Shown here: piece after piece, positions 28,615 to 42,134 of the stretch
Numbering within the stretch: position 1 is the stretch's first letter
How the letters are laid out: every line of letters begins with the position of its first letter
Assembly (NCBI GenBank): GCA_964016885.1
Contig: OZ024760.1
Coordinates: forward strand, 22,568,001-22,632,000
Direction of reading: 5' to 3'
Length of the DNA: 64,000 nt
Origin: Eledone cirrhosa
Lineage: Eukaryota
Notes under the pieces: generated by a model
The model's input: only the letters and a program-made list of their open reading frames with translations
Told to the model about the DNA's origin: nothing
The model's database searches: none
Translations under genes and position numbers: made by a program

Positions 28615-28800
28615 GAATCTGTAGAGCGTCGGACAACACGTTTAGTGGCATAGAATTACGGCTCTTTACGTTGAGTTCAAACTATGCCTTTCATATCTTA
28701 CTGGGTCGATAAAATAAAGTACCATTAACACACTGGGGGTCGATTTAATTGATTTTCCCTCCCCCCCCCCCCAAAAAAAAAAAAATTGCTGGCCTTGATA
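28615..28800 (+). mobile_element. Diverged family A-lineage SINE
   Basis: GAGTTCAAA...GGGTCGATAAAATAAAGTACCA...TTGCTGGCCTTG. Confidence 0.75.
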
Positions 28801-29929
28801 TCATGATGTTACCTTTTACTTCACTACCCAGTATTCAGTGATTTAATCCTCCCTTTACACTGAAGGTCTTGGTTGAACGTAACATACATAATTATTACTG
28901 GCATGAAACACATGAATTTTATCATAAAATAGTATGGCGTGATGTTTCTCTGACTTCAATTATTGGTAAGAAAGCTATCACCACAAATTTCTTAGTTTAA
29001 TCAATACCCATAACAATTTTACATTATTTTAAATTAAACCCTATAAAAATGTCAGATAAAAATTCAGGTTTAAAAATTCCGAACAATTTATCGCTATTCA
29101 GGTTAGATATTTTTCAAATAGAAGGTTAGATTATCTCTCAACCTGAATATATTTATTATTATTGCTTTCAATGCTCATGACACTAAACATTTTAACAATA
29201 ATTCAGTTATATATGTACGTATAAAGGATGGAATGCACAAATGCATAGATTCTATAAAATAGTTTATAAAATGTGAAGACCCTTAAAAGACGGTAAAAGA
29301 AGTTGCCTTCGGCAAACGATACTTCTTTTTCAATCTTTTAGGGATCTGCACTCTATTTCATAAGATATTTTATTGCATCCATGCACTTGAACACATATTT
29401 ATACTTACATATGTATGTATTCATGGGTGTGTATATATATGTGAATATATATGTATGTATATATGTATACGTGTGTATTCATGTGTGTATATATATGTGA
29501 ATATATATGTATGTATATATGTATACATGTGTATTCATGTGTGTATATATATGTGAATATATATGTATATATGTATACATGTGTATTCATGTGTGTATAT
29601 ATATGTGAATATATATGTATATATATATATATGTATACATGTGTATTCATGTGTGTATATATATATATATGTGAATATATGTGTATGTATATATGTATAC
29701 ATGTGTATATATGTATGTATATATGTATACATGTGTATATATATATGTGTATGTATATATGTATACATGTGTATATATGTATGTATATATGTATACATGT
29801 GTATATATATATATGTATACATGTGTGTGTATATATATATATATATGTATATATATATGTATACATGTGTGTGTATATATATCACATAAGAAACGGAGAA
29901 TCAGTGGGGCGACGAATTAAAATTTATTA

Positions 29930-30022
29930 GACATTACAATCGTTTCTCCGGTGACCAGCTCGAGGCACGATCGATGCGATGATCGAACCTGACTCTGAAA
30001 TCACAAGATCCTCAGATACGTC
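29930..30022 (-). ncRNA. Hammerhead ribozyme with extended stem II, inside an element with about 45-bp inverted ends (29883-30100)
   Basis: Reverse complement: GACGTAT-CTGAGGA-TCTTGTGA...TCACCGGA-GAAA-CGATTG-TA-ATGTC, then AATAAA. Confidence 0.6.
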
Positions 30023-30234
30023 TCAATCTTTCGAAGAAGAGTTTCCAAAATAATAAATTTTAATTCGTCGCACCACTGATTCTCCGTTTCTTAAGTGAGA
30101 TTATACTCTGCTCTGTGAGAGCATCAAGTCCTCAAACGGCCTACCCCATACGGACGCTTTACGTATCCCACACCATATATATATGTATATATGTATATAT
30201 ATATGTGTGTGTGTGTATATATATGTACATATAG

Positions 30235-31245
30235 CTCATGGATGTTACTGAACTATTTTGCTCGGGACCAACCCCTGGGTCTCCTGGCGGCTGGTTTTGC
30301 TCGTAAGATCTGTCCATCGATTCTTTCTAGACACATTCGTATCACATGCCTATAATATCGCAGCTGTGATCTCTCAATTTGGTGAAGTAGCAGCTCTACC
30401 TGGTGTGAATCTCCGATTACCGCATTCTATCGAGTAACGTTACGCCAAAGATCCTTCGGAAGATGTAGCAGCTCTACCTGTGGTGACTCTCCGATCTAGG
30501 CACTCCATCGAGTAATGCTACTCCAAAGACCCTTCGGAAGAAGTAGCAGCTCTACCTGGGGTGACTCTCTGACCTCCGATCTAGGCACTCGATCGAGTAA
30601 TGCTACTCCAAAGACCCTTCAGAAGAAGTAGCAGCTCTACCTGCGGTGACTCTCCGATCTCCGATCTAGGCTCTCAATCGTGTAATGCTACTCCAAAGAC
30701 CCTTTGGGAGAAGTAACATCTCTACCTGGAGAAACTCTGATCTCCGAGCTACGCACTCCGGAGACCGTTCTGGAGAGGTAGCGGCTTCACCTGGAGTGAC
30801 TCTCTGATCTCTGAGTTACGCACTCTATCGAGTAACATTACTTCATTAACCCTTCGGGAGAAGTAGCGGCTCTACTTGGAGTGACTCTCTGATCTCTGAG
30901 TTACGCACTCTATCGAGTAACATTACCTCATAAACCCTTCGGTAGAAGTAGCGGCTCTACTTGGAGTGACTCTCTGATCTCTGAGTTACGCACTCTATCG
31001 AGTAAATTACTTCATAAACCCTTCGGTAGAAGTAGCGGCTCTACTTGGAGTGACTCTCTGATCTCTGAGTTACGCACTCTATCGAGTAACATTACTTCAT
31101 AAACCCTTCGGTAGAAGTAGCGGCTCGACTTGGAGTGACTCTCTGATCTCCGAGCTATGCATTCTATCGAATGATGTTACACCAAAGATCCTTCTAAGGA
31201 ACCCCATTTCAGCCGCTTGTATTCGCGATCATATTCTTGGACTCA
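30235..31245 (-). mobile_element. RTE-like LINE 3' fragment containing an internal 85-bp tandem amplification (about 10 copies, 30385-31200)
   Basis: The unit's reverse complement matches 6146-6232, and the flanks continue the same LINE on both sides (GATCGCGAATACAAGCGGC at about 31230). Confidence 0.88.
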
Positions 31246-31289
31246 AATTTAAAATTAGAAAGACATAACGGACACATAACGGACACATA

Positions 31290-31766
31290 ACAGATATATA
31301 ACAGATAGATAACAGATAGATAACAGATAGATAACAGATAGATAACAGATAGATAACAGATAGATAACAGATAGATAACAGATAGATAACAGATAGATAA
31401 CAGATAGATAACAGATAGATAACAGATAGATAACAGATAGATAACAGATAGATAACAGATAGATAACAGATATATAACAGATAGATATATAACAGATATA
31501 TAACAGATAGATATATAACAAATATATAACAGATAGATATATAACAAATATATAACAGATAGATATATAACAAATATATAACAGATAGATATATAACAAA
31601 TATATAACAGATAGATATATAACAAATATATAACAGATAGATATATAACAAATATATAACAGATAGATATATAACAAATATATAACAGATAGATATATAA
31701 CAAATATATAACAGATAGATATATAACAAATATATAACAGATAGATATATAACAAATATATAACAA
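31290..31766. repeat. 11-bp (ATAACAGATAG)n array grading into a 26-bp unit
   Basis: Direct reading. Confidence 0.95.
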
Positions 31767-32119
31767 ACGGAGATATTTTAACGAGAGATGAATGATATAT
31801 GAATAATACTCTGTATGTTTACATCAAATTATTAAAGGCCAGATTACTGTAATTTGAATCGCTGACCAATTTTCCTACTAATTATTGTAGTAATTATATA
31901 TTTCTTTACAGATTAATTAGTCTGCGAAGATTTAAAATAAATTAGCAGTTGTGTTTATGCAATTATCAGATAAATACTTTTATCTTGTAAAATATTTTAC
32001 AAAATGGCCGATTATAGTGTTTATTGGAATTTACAAAACCAAAAAGGAAACAAACACAATAAAAACAAACAATTAAAGAGTATTTGTCCATCTTGTGCAG
32101 CTGTATATCTGTCTGGATA

Positions 32120-32382
32120 TGTGTGTGTGTGTGTGTGTGTTTTTCTTTCTCTCTCTCTCTTTTTCTCACACAATCTCTCTCTCTCTCTCTCTCTATTTCT
32201 CTTTCTTTCTCTCTCTCTTTTTCTTTCCCTCTCTCTCTTTTTCTCACACAGTCTCTCTCTCTCTATTTCTCACTGTCCCTCTCTCTCTCTTTCTCACACA
32301 CACGCTCTCCCCCTCTCCCCCTCTCTCTCTTTCTCACACACACACACACACTCTCTCTCTCTCTCTCTCTTCCTCGCACACA

Positions 32383-32432
<50 letters not shown>

Positions 32433-32459
32433 TCTCTCTTTCTCTCTCTCTCTCTTTCC

Positions 32460-32518
<59 letters not shown>

Positions 32519-33288
32519 GCATTCTTTCTCTCTCTCTCATTCTCTCTCTCTCATCTCTCTCTCTCATTCTCTCTCTCTCTATGTGTGTATATATATATGT
32601 GTGTGTGTATATATATGTGTGTGTGTGTGTATATATATGTGTGTATATATATATATATGTGTATATATATATGTGTGTATATATATATATGTGTATATAT
32701 ATATATGTGTGTATATATATATGTGTGTATATATATATATGTGTGTATATATATATGTGTGTATATATATATGTGTGTATATATATATGTGTGTATATAT
32801 ATATGTGTATATATATAGTATGTGTGTGTATATATATATGTGTATATATATGTGTGTGTATATATATATATGTGTGTGTATATATATATGTGTGTGTGTA
32901 TATATATATGTGTGTGTGTATATGTTTGTGTATATATGTGTGTATATATATATGCGTGTGTATATATATATGCGTGTGTGTATATATATATGCGTGTGTA
33001 TATATATATGCGTGTGTATATATATGTGTATATATATGCGTGTATATATATATATGCGTGTATATATATATATGCGTGTGTATATATATATATGCGTGTG
33101 TATATATATATGTGTATATATATGTGTATATATATATGTGTGTATATATATATGTGTGTGTATATATATGTGTATATATATATGCGTGTATATATATATA
33201 TGTGTGTATATATATATATGTGTATATGTGTGTGTGTATATATATATATATGTGTGTGTGTATATATGTGTATATATATATATATATA

Positions 33289-33333
<45 letters not shown>

Positions 33334-33446
33334 GTGTATATATAATATACACATATATAAATCTCCTGTAGTACTACGTTACGGGTGTACGTGCTTATTA
33401 AATACTCAGGCACTTGGACGTAAGTTTCATGAAGAGGCAACATGTG

Positions 33447-33490
<44 letters not shown>

Positions 33491-33683
33491 AGGATTAAAC
33501 TAGTGAGACCATTAATCAAGAGATTACCCGAAACTTGGTATATTAGTGTGACTATATTAGAAATAGTCAGGCCCGACGACTTAGCTCATGCTATTTCGAC
33601 AGCTAGTTCTACGCCCCACACACACACACCACACACACCACACACACACACCACCCACATACCCCATACCCCCCACACGCACC

Positions 33684-33722
<39 letters not shown>

Positions 33723-33876
33723 TGTATATGTAATGTATGTTTGTATATATTTAGTTATATATATATATATATATGCGCGCGCGTATAAATGTGCATCCAT
33801 TTTTTATATGTATTCATGTACATGTATGTGCATATGTATTTATACATACATGTATATGTATATATTTATATATATC

Positions 33877-33909
<33 letters not shown>

Positions 33910-34410
33910 TTATCTTTGATTATCTACATGTATGTATGTATGTATGTCTATAACAAAACTTTATCTGTTAGATCTCTATCGCGTACGTAACCTACGGCGC
34001 TATTTCATCATACCGCCACAACCTTCCCTCTCACTTCTATCCTATCTTACTCTCTCTTCTCCTCTCTCCCCTCACTTCTCATTCTCCTGCGTCACTTCCC
34101 CTATCCTATCCTATCCTCCTCTCACTCCTCCCCTCCTATCCTCCCAACACCCCCTCTTCTCCCCTCAATCCATCTTCTCTCATCACCCCTCCCCTCGCCC
34201 CCTATCCTCTACTGACCCCCTTATCCTCCCCCCCCCACCCCTTCCGCTCACCTCCCCCTCACCCCCTCTCCTCCACTAATCCCTCTCCTATCTTACCCTA
34301 CTTTCCTCAGATGTTAAAGATATGATCATTGTTAATTTTACTCTACATTTTATTTTACATCACTCACATTCTCTCTCTCTCTCCCACCATCCCTCTCTCT
34401 CTCCCACCAC

Positions 34411-34441
<31 letters not shown>

Positions 34442-34495
34442 ACCACCTCTCTCTCCCACCCACTCCCACTCTTTCTCGCTCCCCACACAATCCAG

Positions 34496-34557
<62 letters not shown>

Positions 34558-34735
34558 ACATATATATAGACACGCACGCAAGCGCACACGCACACACAGA
34601 TATATACACACACACACACACACAGATATATACACAAACATACAGATATACACACACACACACAGATATATACACACACATACAGATATATACACACACA
34701 TACAGATATATACACACATATATATATATACAGAT

Positions 34736-34772
<37 letters not shown>

Positions 34773-34798
34773 GATATACACGCACACACATATATATA

Positions 34799-34874
<76 letters not shown>

Positions 34875-35950
34875 TATACACGCACACACATATATATATA
34901 TACATATATACACGCACAAACACACATATATATATATATATATACATATATACACGCACAAACACACATATATATATATATACATATATACACGCACAAA
35001 CACACATATATATATATATATATACATATATACACGCACAAACACACATATATATATATATATATTTGTTTCGCATTAGTCAGCATAATATATGCTGACT
35101 TACTAACAGGTAAACAATCAGCCTTCGTGGTTTTCGGTAATTCCACAGAGCTGATTCTAAATAATTATCTGTCTCTCGACCATAATACCATATAGAGAGA
35201 GATGGAGACTCTCTTCCTCTTTCTCTCTTCCTCTCTCTCTCTCTCTCTCTCTCTCTTCTTCCCCCTCTCTTCCTTCCTCTCTTCCTTCCTCTCTCTTCCT
35301 TCCTCTCTCTATCTTCCTCTCTCTATCTTCCTCTCTCTATCTTCCTCTCTCTATCTTCCTCTCTCTATCTTCCTCTCTTTACCTTCCTCTCTCTCTCTCT
35401 TCCTTCCTCTCTCTTCCTTCCTCTCTCTCTCGTCCTCTCTCTTCCTTCCTCTCTCTTCATTCCTCTCTCTCTCTTCCTCTCTCTGCCTTCCTCTCTCCGC
35501 CTTCCTCTGTGTGACTCTCTCTCATTCTCTCCATCGGGAATCTACCCATATATATATATATATATGAAGTCATTTCAATATATATATATGCATGTACATA
35601 TGCATATATATATGTATATAAATATATATATGTATATAAATATATATATATGTGTATATAAATATATATATATGTGTATATAAATATATATATGTGTATA
35701 TAAATATATATATATGTGTATATAAATATATATATATGTGTATATAAATATATATATATGTGTATATAAATATATATATATGTGTATATAAATATATATA
35801 TGTGTATATATGTATATATATGTGTATATATGTATATATATGTGTATATATGTGTATATATATGTGTATATATGTATATATATATGTGTATATATGTATA
35901 TGCATATGTCTATATGCATATGTGTATATATATATATGTGTATATATATA

Positions 35951-36012
<62 letters not shown>

Positions 36013-36035
36013 AATATATATGTATGTATATATGT
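32120..36035. repeat. (CT)n, (TA/TG)n and (CA)n low-complexity tracts with small unique islands
   Basis: Direct reading. Confidence 0.9.
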
Positions 36036-36104
36036 AATTTCACAAAGCAGATTCCAAACAATTATCTCTGTCTTTAGACTATAGTACCACCATGTTCTTT
36101 CCAA

Positions 36105-36257
36105 TTGCTGATGTTCTCTATGGGTCGCATCTCCAGGTAAAAGGAGCAACGTGAAATAAAGTGTCTTGCTCAAGGACTTAACGCATCGTCAGGTCCGGGT
36201 ATCTAACTCTGAACCTCACAATTGTGAATCCAACTCTCTAATCCCTCAGCCACGCAC

Positions 36258-36260
<3 letters not shown>
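36105..36260 (-). mobile_element. tRNA-derived SINE, second family (CCTTGAGCAAGACACT central motif)
   Basis: Reverse complement: AGGTGCGTGGCTGAGGGATTAGAG...TCCTTGAGCAAGACACTTTATTTCACGTTGCTCC. Confidence 0.65.
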
Positions 36261-36333
<73 letters not shown>

Positions 36334-36337
<4 letters not shown>

Positions 36338-36565
36338 TTAATATAGATGAGATTCTACAGGACTAGAACTGTTTCATTCTTTAGAAATCATCAGGAATCT
36401 GATTCTTTAGAAATCATCAGGAATCTGAGATTCCTGATGATTTCTAAAGAATGAAACTGTTCTAGTCCTGTAGAATCTCATCTATATTAAAACTTTTATA
36501 CTCTGCTATGTATTGAGTACCTTACTTACTGTGGTTACCTCCGATTCAACCCGGAATAACGTACT
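36334..36565. mobile_element. Family E fold-back palindrome with a duplicated centre
   Basis: 36334-36400 is the reverse complement of 36428-36495; TTCTTTAGAAATCATCAGGAATCTGA is duplicated in tandem at the centre. Confidence 0.88.
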
Positions 36566-36599
36566 ATATATATATATATATATAGATATAGATATATAT

Positions 36600-36940
36600 A
36601 ACTTTGATAGGGTTTCTGCCAGTATTGGCCCAGGCCATGTCTAACTTAATAGCACCACCTGGCGAAGTCTTTCAAATAAGGATTTGGACACCATTGCTCA
36701 CTCAAGTAAAGAGATATTGTTTACAGTGACATATCTATGTGTAAGATGCCCAAAGACTTCTTGAAATTTATGGGGTCTGTTTCTGCTTTAATGTGTTTTG
36801 GTGTGATTTTAAACAGAGCAGGACCAATTGGGCTGAAATAATTGTGCCACAATGTTATGAGAAGTGAGTTTGACTTTTGTTGTGGGCTGAGAAGCACGGG
36901 GCTCAAGCCTTGGGTGTACCTTAAAGGTGATTTAGACACA
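36600..36940 (-). mobile_element. CR1/L2-like LINE 3' end
   Basis: HNYFSPIGPALFKITPKHIKAETDPINFKKSL resembles the CR1-group C-terminal N.LP......FK..LD motif; the 3' UTR ends in simple repeat. Confidence 0.6.
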
Positions 36941-36952
36941 TGTATGTGTATA

Positions 36953-36983
<31 letters not shown>

Positions 36984-37027
36984 TGCGTGTGTATATATGT
37001 TTATATATATATATATATATATATATA

Positions 37028-37322
37028 GTAATAATAATAAATTTGAAGACTAAAATTCAAAGAGGGCTCGATAAGGATAAATATATATCAAATATATAAG
37101 AACCCTAGAGCAAATATTTATTAAAATAACAGGTTAAAGAATCGCTGCTTTCACCCTTAACGGGATCTTCTGAAGATCCCGTTAAGGGTGAAAGCAGCGA
37201 TTCTTTGCTTAAACTTTAATCTGTTATTTTAATAAATATTTGCTCTACGGTTCTTATATATTTGATATATATTTATCCTTATCGAGCCCTCTTTGAATTT
37301 TAGTCTTCAAATTTATTATTAT

Positions 37323-37326
<4 letters not shown>
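37028..37326. mobile_element. Family F fold-back palindrome centred at 37171
   Basis: The same peptide VIIINLKTKIQRGLDKDKYISNI is read on both strands; centre GGGATCTTC T GAAGATCCC. Confidence 0.92.
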
Positions 37327-37370
<44 letters not shown>

Positions 37371-37383
37371 ACATATACACACG

Positions 37384-37424
<41 letters not shown>

Positions 37425-37440
37425 GTTTATATATATATAT

Positions 37441-37736
37441 TTTTGGTAAATATCATCTTGGTTAAGAGAGTGGGACTGGCTTTGTGCAGTGCCTTTGCTC
37501 ACTATAAAAGCTTCACGGCACAGGCATTGCTTTATATCTGGAGATCTCTCTGCACTTGTCGTCACATGGTACCATGGGCCCAGCACTGTGTCAATAATTG
37601 TCACCAGTGTAGTGTTTGTACCAGAGTTTTCAAGTCGCTGGCTGGACTAAAAAGTCACACTCGTTCAGCGTATCGGTAGGGGTTCTCCTACATGGATATA
37701 AAGTAGTGGACGTACTCGAAAACGAGTTGGCAGCCA

Positions 37737-37740
<4 letters not shown>
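37441..37740 (+). mobile_element. 5'-truncated copy of the 25237-25837 RTE-like element
   Basis: Near-identical to 25540-25837; flanked by (TA)n on both sides. Confidence 0.9.
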
Positions 37741-37771
<31 letters not shown>

Positions 37772-38068
37772 AACGTATATATGTGTGCGTGTAAGTGTGT
37801 ATATATGAATGTGTGTAGATATGTATATAAGAACGTATATATATGTGTGTGTAGATATGTATATAGGAAGGTATATAAATACAGCAAAATATTTTATGCA
37901 ATGTTTTGGTTATAGGTATAACTCTACAGACCTATTCCCCAAAGTTATGAAACCTATGTGTACCTGTCTGTCTGCTTGACTGACTGTCTGTCTGTCTGTC
38001 GGAAAGTTATCTATATTATACGTCTGTATATACATATAATCCATACACGCACACCCATACACACACAG

Positions 38069-38099
<31 letters not shown>

Positions 38100-39599
38100 C
38101 ACGCACACCAAATTAAGCGCATACGCAGGCATATATATACAAATATGTACACACACACATACACACACACACAGAAACACACACACCACACACACACATA
38201 TATATACACACACACACCAGATTAAGCGCATACGCGGGCATATATATACAAATATGTACACACATACATACACACACACAGAGAAACACACACACAGAGA
38301 AACACACACACACAGAAACGCACACATACTGACACACACACACACATACTGACACACACACACACACTGACTCACACACACACACTGACACACACACACA
38401 CACACACACACATACAGAAACACACACACACAGAAACACACACACACAGAAACACACACACACACACATACACTGACACACACACACACTGACACACACA
38501 CACACACTTACACACACACTTACACACTTACACACACACACACTTACACACACACACACGTACACACACACACACGTACACACACGTACACCGGCCTCAG
38601 GCTAACGGATCGTATACAATTCAATCCAAAAGGAAAAACAAAAACAAAAAGAGAATACAAAGAGAATGTCTTTATAGAAGATAGGAAGCTGGGAGGGAGG
38701 CGGAATAAGAAAAAAGGTTACAAAACTGATTTACATTAGGAAAATTAGATTAAAAGCAGACGACAAAATATATAACATAAGGTGTTACACTGCGTACTAT
38801 GGCATGTAGAACAAAAACGAACAATATAACCACGTGTGTATATATATATACACACACATGATGTATGTATATGTATGTGTATATATATATAGGAATATAT
38901 TAAGTATATAGTCTTTATATATACAGATATAACTTTATATATGTGTGTGTATGTATATATATATATGTTTATACGTATGTATGTATGTATGTGTATATAT
39001 ATGTGTATATATATATGTGTATATATGTATGTGTATATGTATGTGTATATGTATGTGTGTATATATATGTGTGTATATATATGTGTATATATATATGTGT
39101 ATATATATATGTGTATATATATGTGTGTATATATGTGTATATATGTGTATATATATATATGTATGTATGTATATATATGTGTATATATATATATATGTAT
39201 GTATGTATATATATGTGTATATATATATATATGTATGTATATATATGTGTATATATATATATATGTATGTATGTATATATATGTGTATGTATATATATGT
39301 GTATATATATATATATGTATGTATGTATATATATGTGTATATATATATATGTATGTATGTATATATATGTGTATATATATGTATGTATGTGTATATATAT
39401 ATGTATGTGTATATATATATGTATGTATATATATATATGCGTATGTATATATATATATATATATACATATATATACATGTGTGTATATATATATATATAT
39501 ATACGTATACATACATACATACATACATACATACATACATACATGTGTGTATATAAAGAAATATGTCCACTGACATATTTTCCTTGATTAATGCCGTAG

Positions 39600-39721
39600 G
39601 AATTTTTCGATGTTTATGTCGCTGTTGCATGAAGATCCTTGGGGCAACAGCAATAGATTTGCTTCGGAGAAGAAACTCTACAAAACCATCTGTTAATGTG
39701 GAACACAATATACTGGAATAA
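39600..39721 (+). CDS. Candidate terminal exon ([39 protein letters not shown])
   Basis: CTGAC branch-like site, TTTTCCTT tract, TAG acceptor, 39 open codons to TAA; complex island within microsatellite. Confidence 0.3.
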
Positions 39722-40318
39722 TTTTGGTATTGTGTGTCAGTTGCTTGCTGGGAGGGTTGGGAAATTCTCTCTATGCTTTTCTGTGTCTTTCTATGTATGT
39801 AGGAATTTCTGTGTATCGTTTTGATTGTGTTTGTGTCTTTGTGTGAATTTCTGTACGTGTGTTGTGAGTCTGTGTGTGTGTGAATTTCTGTTTATGGGTA
39901 AAAATCTGTGTGTGTATGAAGTGAATGTTTGTATGTGATTGTGTTAATTTCTGTGAATGTTTGTATGTGAGTGTGTTAATTTCTGTGAATGTTTGTATGT
40001 GAGTGTGTTAATTTCTGTGTATGTTTGTGTATGTGTGTGTGAATTTCTGTATGTTTTTGTGAGTTCGTGCGTGTGTGGGTAAACATCTGTGTGGGTGTAT
40101 ATATGGATTTCCGTGTATGTTTGTGTGCGTGTAAGAATTTCTGTATGTTTGTGTCTGTGAATTTCTGTATGTGTGTGTGCGTGAATTTCTGTGTGTGTGT
40201 GTGTGAATTTCTGTATGTGTGTGTGAATTTCTGTGTGTGTGAATTTCTGTATGTTTTTGTGAGTTTGTGTGTGAATTTTCGTGTATAGGTAAAAATCTGT
40301 TTGTGTGTGTATGTATGA

Positions 40319-40355
<37 letters not shown>

Positions 40356-40789
40356 AGAATTTCAGTGTCTTATTTTGTGTCTCTCTCTTTATGTATGTGT
40401 GAATTTCTGTGTATCTTTTTGTGAATCTGTGTGTGTATAAATCCTGTGTGTGTATGTGTGAATTTCTCTGTGTGGGTGTGGGTGTGGGTGTCTGAATTTC
40501 TGTGTATATTTTTGCTTTTCTCTCTGTTTGTGTGAATTTCTGTGTATGTTTTTGTAAGACAGTGTGTGTGTGTGTGTGTGAGTTTCTGTATGTTTTTTTT
40601 TTGTATGTTTTCTGTATATGTTTGCTTGTTGATTTTGTTTTATTTTTATATTTTTGTCTTCTGTTTTTGAAGCCGTCTTTGAGTGAGGTTTCGAGTCTCC
40701 CTTCAGGTCCAATGAGGACATCTCACTATACTATGTTCCACTATACTACACTGTACTATAATCTACTGTACTATACTATCCACTGTACT

Positions 40790-41030
40790 ACACAACACTA
40801 TACTATGCTACACTATACTATGCTATACTGCTACACTATACTATGCTATACTGCTACACTATACTATGTTATACTGCTACACTATACTATGCTATACTGC
40901 TACACTATACTATGCTATACTGCTACACTATACTATGCTATACTGCTACACTATACTATGCTATACTGCTACACTATACTATGCTACACTATACTACACT
41001 ACACTATATTACACTATACTATACTATACT
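40790..41030. repeat. 23-bp minisatellite ACTATACTATGCTATACTGCTAC
   Basis: Direct reading. Confidence 0.9.
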
Positions 41031-41489
41031 CTTCTAATCTACTGTTACATTTGCTCTCTTTCTCTCTCTTTCTTTCTCTTTCTCTCTCTTTCTTTCTCTT
41101 TCTCTCTTTCTCTCTCTTTCTCTCTCTTTCTCTCTCTTTTTCTCACTCTCTTTCTTTCTCTTTCTTTCTCTCTCTTCCTCTCTCTCTCTTTCTCTCTCTC
41201 TCTCTTTCTTTCTCTCTCTTTCTTTCTCTCCCTGTCTCCCCTCTCTGTCTTCCCCCTCCCTCTCCAGTTATTATCAATACTCTGAACGTTTGACATTTTA
41301 ACAATAATTTACTTCTTTATTATTTTATATTAATTTGTAATATAATTAGATTTAATTACATCAAATTCGAAATAATTTATCGCCATTCACGTTCGATATA
41401 TTCCACTTTCCATCTGTAAACTTGCTGAACTCTTCATCTGTTTAAGTTTCCCCCAAAAAATCTGAACGTACAACATTAACGGTACCAAC

Positions 41490-42082
41490 CTCTCCTGTCT
41501 TTGAAGGAAGACTCTCCTGTCTTTGAAGGGAACTTCTCCAGTCTTTGAGGGGAGACTCTCCTGTGTTTGAGACGAGACTCTCCTGTCTTTGAGGGAAGCC
41601 TCTCCTGTCTTTGGGGAGAGTTTCCACTGTCTTTGAGGGTAGCTTCTCCTGTCTTTGAGGGTAGCTTCTCCTGTCTTTGAGGGGAGCTTCTCTTGTCTTT
41701 GAGGGAAGCCTCTCCTGTCTTTGAGGGAGAGCCTCTCCTGTCTTTGAGGCGAGACTCTCCTGTCTTTGAGGGGAGACTCTCCTGTCTTTGAGGGGAGACT
41801 CTCCTGTCTTTGAGGGAAGCCTCTCCTGTCTTTGGGGGGAGTTTCCACTGTCTTTGAGGGTAGCTTCTCCTGTCTTTGAGGGGAGCTTCTCTTGTCTTTG
41901 AGGGAAGCCTCTCCTGTCTTTGAGGGAAGCCTCTCCTGTCTTTGAGGGGAGACTCTCCTGTCTTTGAGGGGAGACTCTCCTGTCTTTGGGGGGAGACTCT
42001 CCTTTCTTTGGGGGGAGTTTCCACTGTCTTTGAGGGAAGTCCCTCCTGTCTTTGAGGGGAGCTTCTCCTGTCTTTGAGGGGG
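41490..42082. repeat. About 22-bp GC-rich minisatellite CTCTCCTGTCTTTGAGGGGAGA (about 27 copies)
   Basis: Direct reading; generates the repetitive minus-strand ORFs. Confidence 0.95.
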
Positions 42083-42134
42083 CTGAGAATTTCTAACAGA
42101 AATAACAAACCAAATTTACCCATTTTATAATACA

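Noticed and set aside
35067-35110. Hairpin followed by GAAAC on the minus strand, possible hammerhead
   Set aside because: The upstream core reads CTGTTAG, with no stem I or NUH; at best a decayed relic.
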